Below, in pieces: positions 14,940 to 21,042 of a stretch of DNA of 21,042 bases; positions within the stretch are counted from its first letter, which is position 1; every line of letters begins with the position of its first letter. The position numbers were made by a program, and so were the translations under genes. This DNA is from Candidatus Hermodarchaeota archaeon (lineage in GTDB: Archaea > Asgardarchaeota > Lokiarchaeia > Sigyniarchaeales > SOKP01): NCBI GenBank assembly GCA_048885535.1, contig JBHLLO010000053.1, positions 1 through 21,042 on the forward strand, given 5' to 3'. The notes under the pieces were generated by a model. That model saw only the letters and a list, made by a program, of their open reading frames with translations. It was not told the DNA's origin and searched no databases.

Positions 14940-16850
14940 TTATTTGGTAATATCAAACGCAAATTCTGTAATCCCACCCTCAATTTTTTTTAAGGTTAAA
15001 TTGTATCCAGCAGTGTCGATCAAATGAAGCATCGATTTGTTTTCAAGTAAAATAGTTCCCCCAAACGTTCTATAATTCAATTCTCTTCCAATTTTCACTA
15101 AATAATTTAATAAAAATCGGGTGATTCCCAAATTTCTCCAATCTTTGCGTACAACAAATGCCAATTCTGCAAAAGTTGGTTCTATAGTTTTGAAAAAACC
15201 ACCTAAAGCAATGATTTTAGATTCCTCTTCTTCTTTATACTCTCCAACTAATATCATATCTGTGGTGTAATCAATATTAATCATTGGTTGGATTTTTCTG
15301 TGGCGAAATTCTCGAATTGGTGTGAAAAATCTTAAATATCTATCTTTATCATCAAGTGAATAATGAAGTTCTTGAATCATTCTTTCATCTGTTGGTTTCA
15401 CTGGTCTAATTATAATTCTTTTCTCATTTTTTAAAGTTAATTTTGTTTCATATTTTTCAGGGTAAACAGCAATTCGACCGTCGATAGAAACTGGGAGTTT
15501 TTGATCTGAGTATACATATTTCCACTTCTTGGCATGATCTAATAGTTCTTCTCGGAAGTCCGGATGGGCAATACTTATCATTTCTAATACTCTTTCTCTA
15601 ATACTTTTTCCATAGAGATATGCGATTCCCCATTCAGAAATAATATAATGCACATCTCCACGAGTAACTACAACTCCTGAGCCTTGTTGAAGGTAAGGAA
15701 CGATTCTTGAAACTATTCTGCCATCTGATAAAGTTGCCGTGGAAGGAACCACCATTATTGGTTTTCCTTCCTTTGATCTTCCTGCTCCTCGAACAAAATC
15801 AACTTGACCCCCAATCCCACTATAAAGTTGGGGACCTAAGGAATCAGCGTTAATTTGGCCAGTTAAATCTACAGTCAGTGCTGCATTAATTGCAACCTGC
15901 TTTCTATTTTGCGAAATAATGAAAGGATCATTAGTATATTCACAAGGATGAAATTCAACCATAGGATTATCATCACAGAAGTCATATAATCTCCTTGTAC
16001 CCATAACGAAAGAGCAAATAATCTTATCTTTATGTATTGTTTTTTTTTTACAAGTAACTACTCCTTTTTCAACGAGATTTACTATCCCATCCGAAAAAAC
16101 TTCACTATGTACACCTAGGTCTTTTTTTCCTTCTAATTCAATGGTAACCGCATTCGGAATGGTCCCGATTCCCATCTGGATTGTAGATTCATCTTCAATT
16201 AACGAGGCTACAAATTCTGCTATCTTCTTTTCAGATTCATTTGGAGTACCATAATCAAATTCAATAATATCATGATCAGATAGTACATATGCGTCGATAT
16301 CATCCATATGTATAAAAGAATCTCCTAAAGTACGAGGCATCTTGGGGTTTATTTCAGCAACAACAAAATCTGCAGCTTCAGCTATAGATTTGACAATATC
16401 CACATTAATTCCATAACTACAGAAACCATATCTATCTGGTGGGCTTACTTGAATTAAAGCAGTGTCCAAATGCATTCTTCCAAGCTTAAATAACCAGGGA
16501 ATTTCAGATAAAAGCATGGGAGTATAATCAGCTTGGCCTGCTTTAACATATTTCCTTAGAGATTTCCCTATAAAAAAGGCATTATGTCTAAATAAATCTT
16601 CAATTCCTCCTGCAGTTTCATAATAATCAAGATCACTCAAACTTAAGAAATGCAATATCTCTACATCTGGTAATTCTGGTCCAAGTTCAATTAATTTCTT
16701 TGTTAATTCTATTGGTTCAGCACATCCAGAATCAATAAATATCCGATCTCCAGGATTTATAAATTTTCGAATTGCCTTATCAATTGAGACTTTTTTTTTG
16801 CTATATTTTTTCAATAAGGTTTGAATATCATCTTTGTTATTAATTCGCAT
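14940..16850 (-). CDS. Acetyl-CoA hydrolase/4-hydroxybutyrate CoA-transferase fused to a C-terminal GNAT domain
   Basis: ALIQVSPPD.YG.CS.G, N..MPRT.GD, Q.GIG.IPNAV, DLGVHSE, VDLTGQ..ADS, SGIGGQVDF.RGA. GNAT part has IRP...D, YLRFF and AELAFVV..DW...G. The ATG at 16850 follows GGATGA; the ORF track starts at 16862. Confidence 0.93.
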   Translation of the reverse strand: MRINNKDDIQTLLKKYSKKKVSIDKAIRKFINPGDRIFIDSGCAEPIELTKKLIELGPELPDVEILHFLSLSDLDYYETAGGIEDLFRHNAFFIGKSLRKYVKAGQADYTPMLLSEIPWLFKLGRMHLDTALIQVSPPDRYGFCSYGINVDIVKSIAEAADFVVAEINPKMPRTLGDSFIHMDDIDAYVLSDHDIIEFDYGTPNESEKKIAEFVASLIEDESTIQMGIGTIPNAVTIELEGKKDLGVHSEVFSDGIVNLVEKGVVTCKKKTIHKDKIICSFVMGTRRLYDFCDDNPMVEFHPCEYTNDPFIISQNRKQVAINAALTVDLTGQINADSLGPQLYSGIGGQVDFVRGAGRSKEGKPIMVVPSTATLSDGRIVSRIVPYLQQGSGVVVTRGDVHYIISEWGIAYLYGKSIRERVLEMISIAHPDFREELLDHAKKWKYVYSDQKLPVSIDGRIAVYPEKYETKLTLKNEKRIIIRPVKPTDERMIQELHYSLDDKDRYLRFFTPIREFRHRKIQPMINIDYTTDMILVGEYKEEEESKIIALGGFFKTIEPTFAELAFVVRKDWRNLGITRFLLNYLVKIGRELNYRTFGGTILLENKSMLHLIDTAGYNLTLKKIEGGITEFAFDITK

Positions 16851-16922
16851 ACAATCATCCATATAAAATAGGATTTTAATTGTTTTAAATCCGATCGTAA
16901 TGAGAAATTAAATAATTTAAAG

Positions 16923-17357
16923 TTAGGATAGAATTAATTTCACAATTCGATTAATATGTTTTCCTTTTTGAATTTTACAAGTACGAGCTACTTTTTTAAA
17001 GTTAAATGATTCAGCTAAAGCGTCTAAATAAGAAATATTATATAATATGGAGAGACTTTCATTATTTCGCATAAAGAGTTTATCTAATTCCACCTTCGCT
17101 TGAGTTTCATTTAATTTTTTAGATCTAAGTTTGATTCTTTCAATAATTTCTTTTAAAGAGAGGTTAAAATGAAGATCTCTTATGCTTGAAATTAAAGAGC
17201 TTAAAACAATAGTGTAGAGAAGAATAATATCATATTTTGTATCTTGTAAAGCAGTTAATCTGATCTGAATATCTTGATATATTTCTTGTAAATAGTTCTC
17301 ATCTAATCCCTTAATTTTTTTAAACGGATTAAAAAATTTCATATAGTTACCTTCCAA
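16923..17357 (-). CDS. Hypothetical helical protein (probably longer, to about 17537)
   Basis: 144-aa ORF whose frame stays open 64 more codons upstream with no ATG/GTG/TTG; candidate ATC start at 17537. Confidence 0.7.
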   Translation of the reverse strand: MEGNYMKFFNPFKKIKGLDENYLQEIYQDIQIRLTALQDTKYDIILLYTIVLSSLISSIRDLHFNLSLKEIIERIKLRSKKLNETQAKVELDKLFMRNNESLSILYNISYLDALAESFNFKKVARTCKIQKGKHINRIVKLILS

Positions 17358-17780
17358 AAATAAATAGAGATTTTTTTTAAATAATTCTTTGAATTTGTTT
17401 ACAATTAAACCAGATTTTCTAATCTTTATTGATACATCAGGTGTTCTGCCAATTATAGTATCACTCCCATCTAAATAGAATTGTTGCTCGATGAGGTTAT
17501 CTGTAGCCTGATATAGCTGTTTTACTTTTGTATCGATTTTTAGAACACCTTAAGACTAATATTCATTTTTTTTGGAGGAAAAATACTACAATAATTATCA
17601 AAATTCAATGATTTAATTTTTTTGATCTTTGTCAGAAATAATTATTATTGGTTATAATTTGCTACAATAATATTAATTAGAAAATGTTACATGTATATCA
17701 TTAACAATTGTTTAAAAAAAACAAAAACTTATCCAAGTTCAATTTTAAAATAAAAAATAATTAAAATTAAGTGAAATAAA

Positions 17781-19508
17781 ATGGGATTGAAATTAGCGTC
17801 CACAATGGCAATACTTTTCTTGTTTGGGCTTATTTATGCTGTTGTATTCGTAATAGGGGTTTGGTTTTTGCCAAACTCTTGGTGGAGTCTCTTATTTATG
17901 GTTGGAATTACTATCTTAATAATATTGTTCCAGTATGGTATAAGCCCTTTGATAGTAGGATGGCTATATCGAATAACTTGGATTCCTTATGAGCAGTATA
18001 TTGCTCAATACCCGCATTTAGGAGATGCCATAAATAAAGTTGTAGCTATACAAAAAATAAAACCTCCACAACTCGGAATCATATTTAACGAATTTAATCC
18101 AAATGCTTTTACTTATGGTTGGACTAAAAATTCTGCAAGGTTGGTAATTACGGAAGGGATTTTAGAATATTTAGATGAGCAAGAGCAAACAGCAGTAGTT
18201 GCACATGAATTAGGACATATTGTACATAATGATTTTATATTGATGACAGTTGTTTTCGCGATTCCTTTAATTTTGTTAACAATAGCACGATGGTCATATT
18301 ATGCTGTTCGTTTTTCAGGTGTAAGATCTGGTAGTAGAGATAAAGCAAATTATCTGCCTTTGATATTAATAGTAGTTGCAGTAGTATCCTATCTTTCTTA
18401 TTATATAGGATATTTGGTCTCACTAGTAGTGAGTAGGATCAGAGAATACTATGCCGATCAACATTCTGCAGAAGTTACTGAAGATCCAAATGCCTTATCC
18501 ACTGCTTTAGTACGGATCGCTTATGGATTTTTGACTTATGAGAGCGAGGCTGAAATTAAAGAGAGAAGTAAATCTAGAGTTAGAGCACTTAGAGGATTAG
18601 GCATTTTTGATCCGAAAAAAGCACATCATTTTGCTGTACAGGGGATTGGGGCTTCCGGTGAATATTCAAAAGAGAATGCTGAAGCTGCTGCAGGATGGGA
18701 TTTGTTTAACCCATGGGCTAAATATTACCAACTCTTCAGCACTCATCCCTTACCTGCTAAAAGAATTCAACGTTTAAATGAACAATGCGAAATGTATGGA
18801 AAATCTGTTGAAATAGATTTTTCTCAAGCTCGAAAAATTAAAGAGGCACAAGTAGGTAAGTCTATGATAGGTGAATTTCTTACAGATGTATTTATTAAAT
18901 CCTTACCTTCCATAGTCTTTTTTGTTTTATTTGTTTTAAGCGCAATATGGTTATTTGCAGCAATAGGATGGTTAAATATAGGACCCCTTGCGACTTTTAG
19001 TAATTTAGTCCTCATGTGGGCTACTGGCTTTTTTGTCATGGGAATTGCTGTGATTATGAGAACTTCATATATGTATAGGAAGGGATTTAAGCTTGCAACA
19101 GTACTTGAATTAGTCACCCAAATAAATGTCTCACCAGTTCGTCCTATCCCTGCTATTTTGAAGGGTACAATAATTGGAAAGGGCATTCCGGGTTATGTTT
19201 TCAGTGACGACTTATACTTTCAAGATGACAATGGAAACGCAATGCGTATTGATTATAGGTTTGGGTTAAGCATTGTTGATTTTTTTTGGGCACTAACAAA
19301 AGTTAATAGATTAATAGGACAACGTGTACAGATTAAAGGATGGTACCGTAGAGGTCCTGGCCCATATTTACAAGTTGATACTTTAGAAACTGAAACAGGA
19401 AGACGTTTTCGAAATTATTCTAAGCACATGACTTATATATTAGCAGTTGTATTCTTTGTTATTAGCGCTTTAATCTTTTATTTCTGGTTTGCCACCTATA
19501 TCTTTTAA
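17781..19508 (+). CDS. htpX: HtpX/M48 family zinc metalloprotease with C-terminal TM + OB-like extension
   Basis: PNAFTYG, LVITEG, AVVAHELGH (HEXXH), SRIREYYAD, STHP...RI; N-terminal TM helices. Confidence 0.93.
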   Translation: MGLKLASTMAILFLFGLIYAVVFVIGVWFLPNSWWSLLFMVGITILIILFQYGISPLIVGWLYRITWIPYEQYIAQYPHLGDAINKVVAIQKIKPPQLGIIFNEFNPNAFTYGWTKNSARLVITEGILEYLDEQEQTAVVAHELGHIVHNDFILMTVVFAIPLILLTIARWSYYAVRFSGVRSGSRDKANYLPLILIVVAVVSYLSYYIGYLVSLVVSRIREYYADQHSAEVTEDPNALSTALVRIAYGFLTYESEAEIKERSKSRVRALRGLGIFDPKKAHHFAVQGIGASGEYSKENAEAAAGWDLFNPWAKYYQLFSTHPLPAKRIQRLNEQCEMYGKSVEIDFSQARKIKEAQVGKSMIGEFLTDVFIKSLPSIVFFVLFVLSAIWLFAAIGWLNIGPLATFSNLVLMWATGFFVMGIAVIMRTSYMYRKGFKLATVLELVTQINVSPVRPIPAILKGTIIGKGIPGYVFSDDLYFQDDNGNAMRIDYRFGLSIVDFFWALTKVNRLIGQRVQIKGWYRRGPGPYLQVDTLETETGRRFRNYSKHMTYILAVVFFVISALIFYFWFATYIF

Positions 19509-19513
19509 GAAGT

Positions 19514-19542
19514 AATTTTATTTTTTTATTCTATTTTATTTT
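19514..19542 (+). terminator. Oligo-T terminator-like tract after htpX
   Basis: T-runs, including TTTTTTT at 19521-19527, just after the stop at 19508. This fits archaeal intrinsic terminators, but the background is AT-rich. Confidence 0.4.
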
Positions 19543-19594
19543 CATATTGAATTAAAATTCTTAAATTATTAAAATAAACTATTCACCAGTGAAA

Positions 19595-20848
19595 ATGACT
19601 ACTTCTAAAAAAAAGAAAGTCGAATTAATGATACCCTTAAAAAATTTAAAATCGCTAAATGCTGTAATTGGAAATGTTGATGCCGTCTATTTTGGAGTCG
19701 AATCTTTTAACATGAGAATGTTTAGTGATAATTTCAAATTAGAAGAATTAAAGGATATCGTAAAAGTCTGCCATGGGTATAATATTAATGCTTATCTCAC
19801 TACAAACGTAATAATTTATGAAAATGAGGTAAGCTTTTTAGGAACTATATTAGATAGGGCTGTAGAAGCTGAAATTGATGCCGTTATTGTTCATGATATA
19901 GGAGCAATTCAACTTGTTAAGGAAAGAGGTCTTAAATTCCATATATCTACACAAGCGAGTATTTCAAATTCTTATTCTGCTAATTTTTTTGAATCATTGG
20001 GAGCAAACAGGTTAATCTTAGCACGAGAATTGTCTCTAAACCAAATAAAAGAGATTAAAAGTAAACTTAAAAAAGTAGAAATAGAGACTTTCGTACATGG
20101 AGCCCAATGCACTTCGATTTCAGGAAGATGCTATTTCTCAGCGGAATTATGTAATTCTCAAGACTATTCCGCAAATCGAGGTAGATGTGTTCAACCTTGC
20201 CGCGGGAGATGGCGAGTTGTTGATGATCAAAATAATGAACTACTCTATGATGGTGTTTTCTTCATAAACACAAAAGATCTCTGTATGATTGAACACATAC
20301 CCACATTAATCGAAGCTAAAATCGATGCATTTAAAATTGAAGGTCGAATGAGAGATCCTATTTATATTGAAGAAACTGCTAAATGCTATCGTGAAGCAAT
20401 TGATTCATATTATGATAATACTTTCATTCAAGAAAAGGTCGAAAATTGGTTAGAAAGACTATATAAGGTCTATAATAGGGGATTTTCAACTGGATTTTAC
20501 TTTGGATTACCCACTGGGAGTGAAGTTGAGCAAAAGTTTGATGGTAATGTATCACAGTATAAAAAAGTTGAAATCGGCAAAGTTTTAAGTTATTACACTG
20601 AAAAAAAAGCAGCAAAAATCCTCCTTACAGCTGATAAACTAAAATTAGGAGATGAAATTTTCATCATTGGAACTCACACAGATACCTATATTAGACAAAA
20701 AATTAAATCCATTCAAATTAAACAAAAGAAAAATCTACTTGAAACACCTTCCATCTCATCCGCTAATGAACGAATAACTGTTGGAATAACTGTTGATAAA
20801 CCAGTTAAAAAGAATGACAGAATCTTTAAATTGAAACTATCTTATTAG
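19595..20848 (+). CDS. Peptidase U32 family protein (TrhP/RlhA-like RNA hydroxylation family)
   Basis: DAVYFG..FNMR, HISTQ, ILAREL, ETFVHGAQC.SISGRC, NRGRC.QPCR, FKIEGR; C-terminal beta-barrel. GTG at 19589 is an alternative start. Confidence 0.93.
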   Translation: MTTSKKKKVELMIPLKNLKSLNAVIGNVDAVYFGVESFNMRMFSDNFKLEELKDIVKVCHGYNINAYLTTNVIIYENEVSFLGTILDRAVEAEIDAVIVHDIGAIQLVKERGLKFHISTQASISNSYSANFFESLGANRLILARELSLNQIKEIKSKLKKVEIETFVHGAQCTSISGRCYFSAELCNSQDYSANRGRCVQPCRGRWRVVDDQNNELLYDGVFFINTKDLCMIEHIPTLIEAKIDAFKIEGRMRDPIYIEETAKCYREAIDSYYDNTFIQEKVENWLERLYKVYNRGFSTGFYFGLPTGSEVEQKFDGNVSQYKKVEIGKVLSYYTEKKAAKILLTADKLKLGDEIFIIGTHTDTYIRQKIKSIQIKQKKNLLETPSISSANERITVGITVDKPVKKNDRIFKLKLSY

Positions 20849-20949
20849 GAACTTTCCATATTTATTTATGAATTAAATAAAAAAAAGATAATAATATAAA
20901 ATAAAAAGAGTGTTAATTAATTTAATATGGGATCTGATTGAAGTTTGTT

Positions 20950-21042
20950 TTAATCTGCGAGATCCTCAAAAGCTTCGATGGCTAATTCAATAATTTCTTG
21001 AAATGCCATGGCATCTTGAAGGTTACCTTCTACAGTTATGTC
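20950..21042 (-). CDS. C-terminus of a probable SCP2 (sterol carrier protein 2) domain protein (partial)
   Basis: Minus frame reads DITVEGNLQDAMAFQEIIELAIEAFEDLAD*, matching the SCP2 tail G.i.veG.l..am.l..l. Confidence 0.7.
   Translation of the reverse strand, partial: DITVEGNLQDAMAFQEIIELAIEAFEDLAD

Noticed and set aside
18235-19186. Two minus-strand ORFs (62 and 120 aa)
   Set aside because: Antisense shadows of htpX.
20424-20615. 63-aa minus-strand ORF
   Set aside because: Antisense to the U32 gene.
19595-21042. U32 next to SCP2 as a UbiU/UbiV/UbiT-like quinone hydroxylation module
   Set aside because: The genes are convergent, there is a single U32 gene, and it has the C-terminal barrel of the RNA-hydroxylation type. 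The adjacency is probably coincidental.
1-21042. CRISPR arrays, tRNA/rRNA genes, IS elements
   Set aside because: By eye I found no spaced direct repeats, GC-rich structured islands or transposase ORFs. The intergenic gaps are short and AT-rich.

Overview
Gene-dense, very AT-rich prokaryotic window. Its gene content and style (ScpA-type kleisin, small GTPase, archaeal-type thymidylate synthase, GGTG/GGAG ribosome-binding sites, poly-T terminators, SCP2 domain) suggest an archaeon, most likely Asgard/Lokiarchaeia; this is inference. The left end has the 3' tip of a probable SMC gene, followed by a kleisin (ScpA) and a tandem winged-helix kite with Nse1-like features. Converging on this operon is a translationally coupled pair: an atypical MglA/Ras-like GTPase and a protein that looks like an expanded roadblock (MglB-like) domain. 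The rest is mostly housekeeping or metabolic: RimK ligase, DUF1028, Maf, two tandem dolichol/phytol-kinase-like proteins, MoaD/SAMP, ThyA with a large insert, TatD, N-formylglutamate amidohydrolase-like, cluster-less MutY, CoA-transferase-GNAT fusion, HtpX, U32 and a partial SCP2 gene. Signals outside the ORF track include two genes that appear to start at ATA/ATC codons behind the same AAGGTGTT motif, a perfect 22-bp palindrome and an uncalled 57-aa ORF. I saw no rRNA, tRNA, CRISPR array or transposase.
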